Assembly (NCBI GenBank): GCA_963828525.1
Contig: CAWHEP010000014.1
Coordinates: forward strand, 128,001-192,000
Direction: 5' to 3'
DNA: 64,000 nt
DNA from: an uncultured Verrucomicrobiae bacterium
GTDB taxonomy: Bacteria > Verrucomicrobiota > Verrucomicrobiia > Chthoniobacterales > Chthoniobacteraceae
Under the pieces are notes generated by a model that was given only the letters and a program-made list of their open reading frames with translations, did no database searches and was not told where the DNA came from. The translations under genes and the position numbers were made by a program. Shown piece after piece: positions 1 to 10,933 of this stretch (the stretch's first letter is position 1; each line of letters starts with the position of its first letter).

Positions 1-400
1 CGGGATCTGTCGCGTCAGCTTCGATAAGCACGGAAGGCCGATCTCCCCGCAGAAAATCGCGTGTGAAGTTCTGGGGGATATTTACGACGAATTGCGCGTC
101 TCCGCGGGCGAGCAGATCGTGGCCTTCCCGCTCGGTTCGCGCCTGTTGAGTGAAGTTGAAGTAGGTGCTGTTTTGCAGGGCCGTCAACAGCGTTCGCGCC
201 TGGGCGCCATTGTCCGCCATCAGAATGGCTGCCGGTAGGTGTCGCGGGTCTGAGTTGATGGCGTACCCGAAGAGGGTCAACTGAATCATGGGGATTCCCA
301 GCATCATCGCAAACGTCAGGCGGTCTCGTCGCATCTGCGTGAACTCTTTCACGATGATGGCCCAGAGGCGTTGTGGCGAAAATGGCGGATGCCGTTTCAT
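1..400 (-). CDS. ABC-2 type transporter permease (YbhR/YbhS-like), runs off the window edge
   Basis: Manual translation from ATG at 400: MKRHPPFSPQRLWAIIVKEFTQMRRDRLTFAMMLGIPMIQLTLFGYAIN; start overlaps the stop of the ATPase gene. Confidence 0.85.
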   Translation of the reverse strand, partial: MKRHPPFSPQRLWAIIVKEFTQMRRDRLTFAMMLGIPMIQLTLFGYAINSDPRHLPAAILMADNGAQARTLLTALQNSTYFNFTQQARTEREGHDLLARGDAQFVVNIPQNFTRDFLRGDRPSVLIEADATDP

Positions 401-1329
401 TTGCCGAAATTGTCAGCCGATTTCTCCATCAGATGAATGAAGGCGTCTTCAAGTCCGGAGCGGATGTGTTCCCAGCGGAACGGTTGCTTTTGGTACGGAG
501 CGATTGCCCTTTGAAGCGCGGCCTCGTCATCCCCGCTTACGTGAAGCATGTTACCGAAAGCCACCGCTTGCTGGATGCCGGGCTGTTTGCGAAGCTCTTC
601 CGCGAGGGGGATCAGTCCGGGGCCGGACACAGACCAGGTGGTCAGTCGCGCGTGATCGATCACATCATCCACCGTGCCATGCGTGAGCAGGTTCCCGTAT
701 GAAATGTAGGCGAGCCTGTGGCAACGCTCCGCTTCGTCCATGTAATGAGTCGTGATTAAGAACGTGAGGCCTTCCCCGGCGAGCACATGGATCTGTTCCC
801 AAAAATCGCGGCGAGCCTTGGGATCGACGCCCGCCGTGGGCTCATCGAGGAGCAGAAGCTTCGGCTGGTGGATAAGGCATGCCGCAAGCGCGAGGCGTTG
901 CTTCCAGCCACCTGAAAGCTGCCCGGCGAGTTGCTTGCGCCGCCCGGTCAAACCTAGCCTCTCGATGCTCTCTCCCACGGCCCCAGCGCGATTTTTCACG
1001 CCATACATCCGACCCACGAAATCCAGATTCTCCTGGATGCTCATGTCTTCCCAAAAACTGAAGCGCTGTGTCATGTATCCAACGTGCCGCTTGATCTCCT
1101 CGCTTTCGTCAATCACGTCGTAGCCAAGGCATGTGCCGCTCCCGGCGTCCGCGCGCAACAGCCCGCACAGCATGCGGATGAAGGTTGTCTTTCCGCTGCC
1201 GTTAGGCCCCAGGAAGCCGTAAATTTCGCCCGCGCGGACGCTTAAGGATATGTCATTCACGACCGTCCGCCCATCGAAGCTTTTGGTCATCCCGCGAACG
1301 TCGATGGCGAACTCCTCGGACACGGTCAT
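397..1329 (-). CDS. ABC transporter ATP-binding protein (YbhF-like)
   Basis: Walker A GPNGSGKT, signature LSGGWKQR, Walker B LLLLDEPT, H-loop TTHY. Confidence 0.95.
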   Translation of the reverse strand: MTVSEEFAIDVRGMTKSFDGRTVVNDISLSVRAGEIYGFLGPNGSGKTTFIRMLCGLLRADAGSGTCLGYDVIDESEEIKRHVGYMTQRFSFWEDMSIQENLDFVGRMYGVKNRAGAVGESIERLGLTGRRKQLAGQLSGGWKQRLALAACLIHQPKLLLLDEPTAGVDPKARRDFWEQIHVLAGEGLTFLITTHYMDEAERCHRLAYISYGNLLTHGTVDDVIDHARLTTWSVSGPGLIPLAEELRKQPGIQQAVAFGNMLHVSGDDEAALQRAIAPYQKQPFRWEHIRSGLEDAFIHLMEKSADNFGK

Positions 1330-2309
1330 GGCGCAAACTCCATATCCACGGGCTGGCCCGGATGCAGCTTTACCGAGGTCGCCGCGTCGAACCGCGCTTC
1401 AACCATAAAGACCAGTTTCCCGCGGCTTTCCTGGCTGTAGATCACAGGGGGCGTGTATTCCGCCTGCGGCGAAATGAAAGTGAGAGCGCCGATGAAAGGC
1501 TCATTGACCCCGTCCACAAATACGCGAGCGGTTTGCCCAAGGCGAAGGGCGCCCACGCGCGTTTCCGGCACAAAGGCCCGCACTTTTATATTGGCTGGCG
1601 GCAGCAGGGTTATTACTGGATGACCGGCTGACACCCACTCTCCCGGCCAGTACAGCGTATCGAACACCAGGCCGTCCAAAGGCGCGGTTTGTCGTTTTTG
1701 ATTCAGGCTCCACGTGGCTTGCGCGACGGACGCTTCGAGAGCGCGCGCGTTTGCCTCAGCCCCGGCTACCTGATCGTCGCGCGAGCCGAGGCGGGCTGTT
1801 GCCAGTTCCGCCTCCAACTGCGAAACGCGATGCTGGTCCTGATCGCGCGCCGAGCGCGCGCGATCAAAATCCTGGGCGGAGTTGACGCCGCGCCCGCTGA
1901 GGTCAGACTGGCGCTGGAACTCCTTTTCCGACAGCACAAGCGCTGCCCGGGCTTGCTTTAACTGTTGCTCCGCTGACTCGATCTCCACGGGGCGCTTGCC
2001 CTTCTTCAAGTCCTCCAGATTGGCCCGCCCCTGTCCGAGCTTGCGCGCGGCCTCATCGAGCGCCGCCATCTCAAGGCCGCGCTCGAGGGAGAAGAGCGGA
2101 GCGCCTGCTTTTACCTGCATGCCGCGCTGTACCTGGAGCGATTCCAATTGTCCCGCGAGGGGCGAGGCGACATACACGAACTCGCCTTCGACGTATCCCT
2201 GGAAGCGCTCTTTTACGGATCGATGGCAGCTTGCGCCAAGGAAGATCGCGGCGGCGAGGGCGACCGCGCGCCACGGCAAAAGATGGCTGGAGTGAAATCT
2301 GGCATTCAT
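1326..2309 (-). CDS. HlyD-family membrane fusion protein (YbhG-like)
   Basis: N-terminal signal, QGYVEGE...VASPLAG, coiled coil, ISPQAEYTPP motif; in operon with ABC genes. Confidence 0.9.
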   Translation of the reverse strand: MNARFHSSHLLPWRAVALAAAIFLGASCHRSVKERFQGYVEGEFVYVASPLAGQLESLQVQRGMQVKAGAPLFSLERGLEMAALDEAARKLGQGRANLEDLKKGKRPVEIESAEQQLKQARAALVLSEKEFQRQSDLSGRGVNSAQDFDRARSARDQDQHRVSQLEAELATARLGSRDDQVAGAEANARALEASVAQATWSLNQKRQTAPLDGLVFDTLYWPGEWVSAGHPVITLLPPANIKVRAFVPETRVGALRLGQTARVFVDGVNEPFIGALTFISPQAEYTPPVIYSQESRGKLVFMVEARFDAATSVKLHPGQPVDMEFAP

Positions 2310-2425
2310 CGTTCGTTTCGCCGCAGCTTGCGTAAGCGAGGCATAAATGAATCAGAATGGCATCTTCCCTCTTTCGCAAGCCATCCTTCCCCGCTACCAT
2401 CCTCGTTCCTCTCCGGAGCCACCAC

Positions 2426-5028
2426 ATGAGCGAGACGCGAAAACCATATCCATTCGACCTGATCGAGGCAAAATGGCAAGCCATTTGGGAGGAGAACTCC
2501 ACCTTTACCGTGCCGAATCCTGGGCAGCCGGGGTTCGATCCGTCAAAGCCGAAATATTACGTCCTCGACATGTTTCCCTATCCCAGTGGGGCGGGCTTGC
2601 ACGTCGGACATCCCGAGGGCTACACCGCCACTGATATTGTGTCCCGCTACAAACGAGCAAGGGGCTTCAATGTCTTGCACCCCATGGGCTGGGACGCGTT
2701 CGGATTGCCCGCCGAGCAATATGCCATCAAAACCGGCCAGCACCCCGAGGTGACTACCCGCGAGAATGTTGCCCGCTTCAGAGTGCAGCTAAAGAAAATC
2801 GGCTTTTCGTACGACTGGAAGCGCGAGGTGAATACCACCGATGTCGGCTATTACCGATGGACGCAGTGGATATTCCTGAAGATCTACAACGCGTGGTTTG
2901 ATCCAGCCTGCGGTAAGGCGCGGCTGATCGAGGAGTTGATCGCAGAGCGCAGGACGCAATTGCCCAACGAGTCGCCTGTTGAACTTGCGGCGTTCATCGA
3001 TTCTCACCGGCTCGCGTACGTCTCGGACGCTCCCGTAAACTGGTGCCCGGGTTTGGGCACCGTGCTCGCCAACGAAGAGGTCATCGACGGCAAGAGCGAA
3101 GTGGGCGGTTTCCCTGTCGAAAGGCGGCTGATGCGGCAATGGAAACTGCGCATCACCGCGTATGCGAGCCGCCTGATTGATGAACTGGAGGGGCTGGATT
3201 GGCCGGAGTCCATCAAGACATTGCAGCGGAACTGGATTGGGCGAAGCGAGGGAGCGGAGGTGATTTTCAAAACGGAGGAGGGCCAGGAGATTCCCGTTTT
3301 CACGACCCGTCCGGATACTTTGTTCGGCGCCACCTATCTGGTTCTTGCGCCAGAACATCCTCTCATCGACGTTTTAACTCTGCGCCTCCCGCCGCGAGTC
3401 TGTGGCCGGCATATCGCGGCGACGGTCGCGTCGAAGTCCGACCTGGACCGGACAGATCTCGCGAAAGAGAAGAGCGGCGTGTTTACCGGGGCTTACGCGG
3501 TGAATCCGGTAAACGGGGAACTGCGTTCCCATCTGGATCGCGGACTATGTGCTCATGAGTTATGGCTCAGGAGCGATCATGGCTGTTCCCGCGCATGATG
3601 AACGCGACTTCGAGTTCGCCCAAAAGTTCGGCCTGGAAATCCGGGAGGTGGTGCAGCCCGTCGGACGGGCCTTCGGCGGGATGCTTTACCGGGGAGGGCA
3701 TCGCTGTCAATTCACCTCTCTTCGATGGATTACCCACCGCCCGGGCAAAGGAAACGGTCATTCAGTGGCTGGAAGAGCGCTCCGCTGGCAGAAGGACGAT
3801 CAACTTCAAATTGCGGGACTGGCTCTTTTCCCGCCAGCGATACTGGGGAGAGCCGTTCCCGATCCTCTGGGAGGGCGGTCAGCATCGCGCCCTACTCGAG
3901 AGCGAACTTCCCCTTACGCCGCCTCCACTCGATGATTTTCGTCCATCCGGGTCCGGCGAGCCGCCGCTGGCGAAGGCGAAAGAATGGCTCCGATACAGCG
4001 CCACCGCGTCCCGCGAGACAAATACGATGCCGCAGTGGGCCGGGTCGTGTTGGTATTACCTGCGTTACTGTGACCCCCAAAATCCGGATGAGCCTTTCGG
4101 AAGCGAAGCGGAGCGTTATTGGATGGGGGCGGGGGATGGACGCCCTGGCGGCGTCGATCTTTATGTCGGGGGAACAGAGCACGCGGTGCTTCATCTTCTC
4201 TACGCGCGTTTCTGGCACAAGGTGATGTTTGACCTTGGGTATGTAGCCAAGCCCGAACCTTTTCAGCGGCTTGTAAACCAGGGAATCATTCTCGGCGAGG
4301 ACGGGCAGAAAATGTCCAAAGCGCGCGGCAATGTTGTCAATCCCGACGACGTGATCGCGGAATACGGCGCGGACGCTTTTCGGCTCTACGAGATGTTCAT
4401 GGGACCTCTTGAACAGATGAAGCCATGGAGCATTACAGGTGTTGAGGGCGTCTCACGTTTTCTCGCTCGGGTCTGGCGTCTTGTGATGGAAGAAAATCAA
4501 GCTGGCGAGTGGCAGCTTTCCGGTGCCGTGCGGGAATGCGCGATGGACAAGCAACAGCTTAAGTTGATGCATGCCTCCATCAAAAAGGTCACCGAAGACA
4601 TTGAGAGTCTCTCCTTCAACACAGCCATCTCCCAGATGATGATCTTCGTGAACGGGTTGACAACGGCTGCCGCGCGTCCCCTTGCGGCCATCCGTGTTCT
4701 CCTTCAAATATTAAATCCGTTCGCGCCGCACCTTACGGAGGAACTCTGGCGCGCCCTCGGCGAGCATCACTCCGGATTTACTGGCGCTGCTGCGGATACC
4801 CCGTGGCCTTCTCATAACGAAGAGTTTCTCGTTGAGGATGAAGTCGAGATCGTCGTGCAGGTGAACGGAAAGCTCCGGGATAAAATCATCTCGAAGAGAG
4901 ACGCTTCCAGGGACGAGGTGGAGCGTCAGGCGCTTGCAGCTCCGAAGGTGATGGAATTAACGGCTGGCAAAACACTCCGCAAGGTTGTCGTTGTACCCGG
5001 AAAACTCGTGAATATCGTAGTCTCCTGA
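2426..5028 (+). CDS. leuS: Leucine--tRNA ligase, split by apparent indel errors (about 3380-3420, 3525, 3665)
   Basis: [14 protein letters not shown] (HIGH), [48 protein letters not shown] spread over three frames. Confidence 0.95.
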
Positions 5029-5044
5029 GCGCCCCCGGCTGACG

Positions 5045-6154
5045 TCACTTCGCAAGCTTTTCAAGCAGCCGATCCACTTGCACATATTTTTCGATCATCG
5101 CCTGGATCGTGTCGATCTTCTCCATATCTTCGGGGAGAGTCTTCACAGTCATCGAGTAGATGGCATTGGCGACCGTGTAGCTGTCCAGCGGTGACCCGAT
5201 TGTCGGAACCTGCGATGCCTTGATGAGATCGATGACGCTTTGATGCGGGAACAAATCTCCCGATAAAACCATTCCGGCGATTGCCCCCTCATCTCCCTCG
5301 GCAAGGGTGCATGTGGACAGCGCGGCCAGGATGATGTCCTCGCGGTCTCCCGGAGTTATGACCAGGGTTCCAGGCGAGAAATACTCCATGACATGACTCG
5401 AGTTCATCGCCCCGATGATGATTTTCTTCACTCGCCGTCCCACCTCAATCTCGGTGTCGTTAATGAATCGGCCGTTCGTCTCCTTGCAGATCTGCCCCAG
5501 GGTGGCATTCGCCAAAAGCGGCTCCTGCGGGATGACCCCCAGCAAATCTATTCCCAGGCGGGCGAGCCCCTTGCCCGTGAACTCCATTATCTGCTCATAT
5601 TTTTCCGGGAGCACCTTGTTGGCGATCACGCCGACCATCTCGACTCCTTCCTTATCAAACAAAGCCTTGTTCAAGGCTACCTCGTCGATCGCCCTTCCAA
5701 TTCCGCCTTTTGTCACAAGCAGCACTTTGCTCGCAAGCAGGCTTGCCACTCGCGCGTTCGAGAGGTCGAACACGGAACCTACTCCCGCGTGGCCGGTGCC
5801 TTCGATGAGGACAAACTGCTTCTCCCAGGCCGTTCGGTCGAACGAGTTCTGGATCCTGCGCACAAGAAAATCTCCGTCAGACTTGGCGATGTATTTCCGG
5901 GTGAAGTCAGGTTCCACCGCGATCGGGCTCATCGCTTCCAGCGGCGTGTGCGAGCCGAACGTCCGATCGATCAACACCGAATCCTCATCGATCCTTTGTC
6001 CATCGATATCTACGAATCGCTGGCCCACGGGCTTGATGAAGCCTATCGCGCCGAGGCGTTTTCTAAGGGCAGCGAAGAGCCCCAGAGATGTCGTGGTCTT
6101 GCCGTCGTTCTGTTGAGTGGCAGCCACGAACAGACGAGGGGTAACCGTGTTCAT
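5045..6154 (-). CDS. BioD-like P-loop + DRTGG domain protein (stand-alone Pta N-terminal module)
   Basis: ATQQNDGKTT P-loop, GFIKPVG, LIEGTG, ITPGDREDII; adjacent to pta. Confidence 0.85.
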   Translation of the reverse strand: MNTVTPRLFVAATQQNDGKTTTSLGLFAALRKRLGAIGFIKPVGQRFVDIDGQRIDEDSVLIDRTFGSHTPLEAMSPIAVEPDFTRKYIAKSDGDFLVRRIQNSFDRTAWEKQFVLIEGTGHAGVGSVFDLSNARVASLLASKVLLVTKGGIGRAIDEVALNKALFDKEGVEMVGVIANKVLPEKYEQIMEFTGKGLARLGIDLLGVIPQEPLLANATLGQICKETNGRFINDTEIEVGRRVKKIIIGAMNSSHVMEYFSPGTLVITPGDREDIILAALSTCTLAEGDEGAIAGMVLSGDLFPHQSVIDLIKASQVPTIGSPLDSYTVANAIYSMTVKTLPEDMEKIDTIQAMIEKYVQVDRLLEKLAK

Positions 6155-6188
6155 TTGCCGCGCCCGCTTGAGGCAAAAGTCATTCTAG

Positions 6189-7265
6189 TCAGGATACCGT
6201 CTCCGCGGGTTCCCATTCCGCTTCGGTGGCAGGGTAGAGCTTGCGATACTCGATGGCTTGCAATCCCGCGATCGCCGCCACCCCCAATATATCGTCCACA
6301 GAAGCCGCGCGTGACACGTGCGCGCAGGGTTTGGAGAGCCCCAGCAGCAACTGTCCGTAAGTGCGGGCGCCGCCAAGATGCTGCACCAGTTTGACAGCGA
6401 TGTTGCCACTATTCAGGTCCGGGAAGATCAGGACATTCGCGTGTCCCGCCACCAGGCTGCCCGAAGCCTCCTTGCGCTCCGCCGGGTCTATCTGCAAAGC
6501 GGTATCCGCCTGCATTTCACCATCGATCTCCATCTCGAGTTTTGCCGCGTCGGCTCGTTGCCGGGCGAGCGCCACCGCTGCCGCCACGCGTTGCGCCTCA
6601 GGGTGCCTGGAACTCCCCTTGGTGGAAAAGCTAAGCATCGCGACTCTCGGCGTCATACCCGTTAGCTGCCGGCAGATCTGCCCGGACTGCACCGCGATAT
6701 TCGCCAGTTGATCGATGGAAGGTTCAGGGATTACGGCGCAGTCCGCGAAAAGCAGCACTCCCTCCGCGCCAAACTGCGCGTTCGGCGATTCAACAATCAT
6801 GCAACTGGATATCGACTCGACCCCGGGCAGTGGCTTTATCACCTGGATCAGGGGTCGCAGCAGAGAGCCAGGATATGCGCTCGCGCCGCCAACCAGCCCG
6901 TCGGCCTGTCCGTGCTGCACCATCATTGCCGCGAAATAGTTAGGCTGGACGACAATCTTGCTCGTCTCCGCCTTTCCCAAGTCCCTGTAGCGCCGCAGGC
7001 GTTCAAGCCGCTGGCTGAGCAGCGGCAAGTCTGAGGACTCGGCTGGATCCACAAGCCCTATATGCGCGAGATCGATCTTCTCCTCGGATGCGACGCGCTC
7101 AATCTCGGCCTGTTGCCCAAGCACGATTGCCGCTCCGAGACGCAGTTTGACAAATTTCTCCGCCGCTTTGAGAATCCGGGGTTCCGTCCCTTCAGGGAAG
7201 ACGATCCGCTTCGGATGCCGCGCCAACTTCGCAAAGACGGAATCGATAAACATAAGGAATGACAA
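6189..7265 (-). CDS. pta: Phosphate acetyltransferase, catalytic domain only
   Basis: KRIVFPEG, FADCAVIPEP, VAMLSFSTKGS, DGEMQAD, LIFPDLNSGNI. Confidence 0.9.
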   Translation of the reverse strand: MSFLMFIDSVFAKLARHPKRIVFPEGTEPRILKAAEKFVKLRLGAAIVLGQQAEIERVASEEKIDLAHIGLVDPAESSDLPLLSQRLERLRRYRDLGKAETSKIVVQPNYFAAMMVQHGQADGLVGGASAYPGSLLRPLIQVIKPLPGVESISSCMIVESPNAQFGAEGVLLFADCAVIPEPSIDQLANIAVQSGQICRQLTGMTPRVAMLSFSTKGSSRHPEAQRVAAAVALARQRADAAKLEMEIDGEMQADTALQIDPAERKEASGSLVAGHANVLIFPDLNSGNIAVKLVQHLGGARTYGQLLLGLSKPCAHVSRAASVDDILGVAAIAGLQAIEYRKLYPATEAEWEPAETVS

Positions 7266-7357
7266 CGTTGTAGCGATTCAGGCGGAGACTCAAGCGAAAC
7301 ATGCCTTTCGGAGATAGTCCGCGTCCTGTCTTCTGATATCCTCCGCCAGGAGTTTTG

Positions 7358-8149
7358 ATGCCTTCAGATTACCATCTTCATACGCCTCTCTGTCACCACG
7401 CGACCGGCTTGCCCGTCGAATACGCGCAAGCCGCCATGGAGCAGGGGATTACAGAAATCGGTTTCGCCGATCATAACCCGATGCCGGAGAAGTTCGATGA
7501 CTGGCGCATGGATCTGGAGGACTTGCCTGCTTATCTGGACATGGTGCAGGAGGCCCGCGAGCGGTTTCCCGACTGCGTTATCCGGCTCGGGCTCGAATGC
7601 GACTTCATTCCAGGCCGGGAAGCATGGATTGAGAAACTGGCGGGCATGGCTGATTGGGATTACCTCATCGGCAGCGTCCATTATATTGCCCCAGGTTGGG
7701 ATGTGGACAATCCAAAGTGGATAGGCAAGTTTCGGCAGCAGCCTGTCGAAGAAATCTGGGCCCTCTATTGGAAAGCATACGCCGCTTGCATCCGCAGCGG
7801 CTTGTTCGACTTCGTTGCTCATCCCGATCTGGTGAAGAAATTCGGGTTCAGGCCGCCGGGCGATTTGCGGATGTACTACGAGGAAAGCATCTCCGCTGCC
7901 TCGTCCATGGATGTGCCGATTGAAATCAACACCGCTGGCCTGAGAAAAGAAGTTGGAGAAATATATCCTTCTGCCGGGTTTCTCCGCATGGCTTGCGAGG
8001 CTGGGGTGCCTACCTTGATCAATTCCGACGCGCATTGCCCCGACGAGGTCGGTTTCGGATTTGCCGCCGCGACGGAGGAGGCGCGGCGCGCTGGCTACCG
8101 CGAGACCGTCCGGTTTCACCGTCGCTGCCGGGCCAGCGTCTCTCTCTGA
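7358..8149 (+). CDS. Histidinol-phosphatase, PHP/HisJ-HisK family
   Basis: DYHLHT, GFADHNP, GLECD, IGSVHY, AHPD, EINTAG, NSDAH. Confidence 0.85.
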   Translation: MPSDYHLHTPLCHHATGLPVEYAQAAMEQGITEIGFADHNPMPEKFDDWRMDLEDLPAYLDMVQEARERFPDCVIRLGLECDFIPGREAWIEKLAGMADWDYLIGSVHYIAPGWDVDNPKWIGKFRQQPVEEIWALYWKAYAACIRSGLFDFVAHPDLVKKFGFRPPGDLRMYYEESISAASSMDVPIEINTAGLRKEVGEIYPSAGFLRMACEAGVPTLINSDAHCPDEVGFGFAAATEEARRAGYRETVRFHRRCRASVSL

Positions 8150-8222
8150 TCCATTGATTCGCGCGAAACTTCCACGAGACTTCGCTCGAGGTTCCGGGGT
8201 TCCACTTCAACAAGGAACCTAA

Positions 8223-8429
8223 ATGAAAAACCCAGTCGCTCTACTAGCCGTTGCCGCGTCACTAATTCTCAGCAGTTGCGCCGAAGAGGTCGTATATCGC
8301 CCCGGTCCTCCCCCTCCCGTCGTCGTGGAGACGCGAGGCTACCGCCCATATCCTGGCGCTGTCTGGGTGGGTGGCCGATGGGTTTGGCACCACCACTGGG
8401 TGTGGCGGCGCGGGCACTGGCGCTATTAG
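8223..8429 (+). CDS. Small lipoprotein with YXWGXW-type repeat
   Basis: Lipobox LSSC, poly-Pro linker, PGAVWVGGRWVW...WVWRRGHW. Confidence 0.75.
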   Translation: MKNPVALLAVAASLILSSCAEEVVYRPGPPPPVVVETRGYRPYPGAVWVGGRWVWHHHWVWRRGHWRY

Positions 8430-8627
8430 GTCCGCTTGAATATCCGGGGAGGCAGCGGCTTGGTTCAGAGGTCGAGAGGAGCCCGTTCAGCAGCTTCTTC
8501 GACAGCTTAAAGCGCGAGTCGTTGCGGAGCGGGAGGTCGCGAGGTCCCTCCTGCGGCAAACCGGGGATTGCCAAAATCCAAAAGGCCGTTGCTCGAAGAT
8601 AGAGCCGCAGGTCGGCTTTGCGGTTAA

Positions 8628-9662
8628 TTGCGTCCATTTCCCCGCGCAAATCGCATTGCAGGGGTGACCAAAATTGACCCAACGGCAAATACCTCTTCCT
8701 TTCGCGCCCGGGCTGCCAGGCGCCTGGTCGCCACGCGGCAACTGTTCGATTCGGATTATTTTCCGGAGGGGGTGGAAAAGATCCTCGAACAGCCCGACAA
8801 GTTCGATTTTTACCGATCAGTCTCCTTCATTATCCTTCACGTTGGCTGCCTCGGTGTGTTCTTTACGGGCTGGAGCAAGGTGGCCGTTATTACCGCTGTG
8901 GTTCTTTATGTCGTCCGAATGTTCGCGGTGACAGGGTTCTACCACCGCTATTTCGCGCACAGAACCTTCCGCACGTCACGATGGGCACAGTTTGCGTTTG
9001 CGCTGTTCGGGAATCTCTCCGCGCAGCGAGGCGCCCTCTGGTGGGCTTCTGTTCATCGCCACCATCATCAACACTCCGATGATGAGGAGGACGCGCATTC
9101 ACCCGGCATGCGCGGCTTTCTCTGGGCGCATATTGGCTGGATGACGAGCAATCGCAACTTTCCAACAGATTATGGCCGGATTAAGGATCTGGCGAAGTTT
9201 CCGGAGCTGGTGTTTCTCAATCGCTTCGATCTCATCGTGCCCGCTTGTTTCGCCGCCAGCTTGTACGGATTCGGAGAGTTGCTGCGAAGGGTTCAGCCCG
9301 GCTTGGGCACGAACGGCGCGCAGATGTTGGTGTGGGGATTCTTCATCAGCACTCTGGTGCTTCTTCATGCGACGCTCTCGATCAACTCCTTCGCCCATTC
9401 GTTCGGGAAACAGCGCTACGCGACGGGAGACGAAAGTCGCAACAGCCTTGTTCTTGCTCTGATTACCCTCGGTGAGGGCTGGCACAATAACCATCACCGC
9501 TGCATGAGTTCGGTTCGGCAGGGCTTCTACTGGTGGGAGATCGATCTCACTTACTATATGCTGAGGGCGCTCTCGTGGACCGGCATCATCTGGGATTTGC
9601 GCCCGGTCCCACAAAGCGCCTATCTCGACGCTGGCCGCGCGCAGGCTTCAAGCGCGAGTTGA
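8628..9662 (+). CDS. Membrane fatty acid (acyl-CoA, delta-9-like) desaturase; true start may be downstream
   Basis: His boxes HRYFAH, HRHHH, HNNHH; GEGWHNNHH, WWEIDLTY. Confidence 0.92.
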   Translation: MRPFPRANRIAGVTKIDPTANTSSFRARAARRLVATRQLFDSDYFPEGVEKILEQPDKFDFYRSVSFIILHVGCLGVFFTGWSKVAVITAVVLYVVRMFAVTGFYHRYFAHRTFRTSRWAQFAFALFGNLSAQRGALWWASVHRHHHQHSDDEEDAHSPGMRGFLWAHIGWMTSNRNFPTDYGRIKDLAKFPELVFLNRFDLIVPACFAASLYGFGELLRRVQPGLGTNGAQMLVWGFFISTLVLLHATLSINSFAHSFGKQRYATGDESRNSLVLALITLGEGWHNNHHRCMSSVRQGFYWWEIDLTYYMLRALSWTGIIWDLRPVPQSAYLDAGRAQASSAS

Positions 9663-9665
9663 ACG

Positions 9666-10933
9666 GTGACCAGGGTGGCGATCATAGGCACGGGTGTGGC
9701 CGGTCTTGGATGCGCCCATTTTCTGCATCCCAGATTTGACATCACTCTGTATGAGCAGAACGACTACGCGGGGGGGCATACCAATACGGTTACCGCGAAT
9801 GAGGGCGGCGGGGGGATTCCTATCGACACTGGCTTCATGGTTTATAACGAGGTTACATACCCGAACCTCACGCGGCTTTTCCGCGAGCTGGATGTTAAGA
9901 GCAAGCCGGCGCCCATGTCATTCAGTGTGAAGCATGAACCGACAGGGCTGGAATACAACGGCCTGAATTTCAACACACTCTTCAGCCAGCGTCGCAACCT
10001 GGTGAATGTCCGCTTCATCAGGATGCTTTTGACCATCGGCCGTTTTTTCCGCGATTCGACGAGCGCGTTGCGTGATCCGGAGCTGGATATCCAAACGGTG
10101 GGTCAGTTCGTGGAGCAGCGGGGTTACGGGAAGGATTTTTTAGACCTTTACCTGCTGCCGATGAGTTCCGCCGTGTGGTCCACTCCTCCAGGCGCGATGC
10201 TGGAGTTTCCGGCGCTCTCTCTGCTTCGTTTTTTTTACAACCATGGTTTCCTGGGAGTGCAGACGCATCATCCATGGCGCACAGTTGTGAATGGCGCCAA
10301 ATCGTACGTGGAAAAGCTTGTTGCCCCGTTTCGCGACAAGATCAGGCTGGGTATTGGCGCCCGCCGCGTGACACGCGAGGAGGGGGCGCGCGCGTTACCG
10401 CGTGTGACGGGTCGAGCGCGATCTACGACAAAGTCGTTTTCGCGAGCCACGCTGATCAAACGCTGAGAATGCTTGGCGATCCGACGCGAATGGAGACGGA
10501 GTTGCTGGGCGAGTTTCGCTACCAGCCAAACACCGCAACCCTGCACACGGACACTTCGTTTATGCCGAGGACGCGCCGCTGTTGGGCATCATGGAATTAT
10601 CGCGTCGACAACGGGCCTCAGCGCCTGCCCTCCACTCACTATTGGATGAACAGCCTTCAGGGTGTGTCCGATCGGGAAAACTATTTCGTTTCCTTGAACG
10701 CGCATGAACAGGTCGCCCCGGAAAAGGTCATAAAACGGATCGAATACGAGCACCCGGTATTCAGCTTGGGCGCCATCAAAGCGCAGGAAAAGCTGCCAGA
10801 TCTGAACCGGGTCGCGCCTGATCAAACCACCTACTTCTGCGGGAGCTACTTCAAATACGGCTTCCACGAGGATGCGTTCACATCAGGGCTGGAGTGCGCG
10901 CGCGACATCACGCAAGAGGCGCTTTGGGCATGA
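9666..10933 (+). CDS. FAD-dependent oxidoreductase (UfaD-like), frameshift at about 10385
   Basis: GTGVAG, GGHTNT, IDTGFMVYNEVTYPN, then WASWNY, YWMNSLQ, GFHEDAFTSG in a second frame. Confidence 0.88.

Noticed and set aside
8430..8640. Possible small gene or RNA between the lipoprotein and the desaturase
   Set aside because: No motif, convincing start or stable structure that I can support
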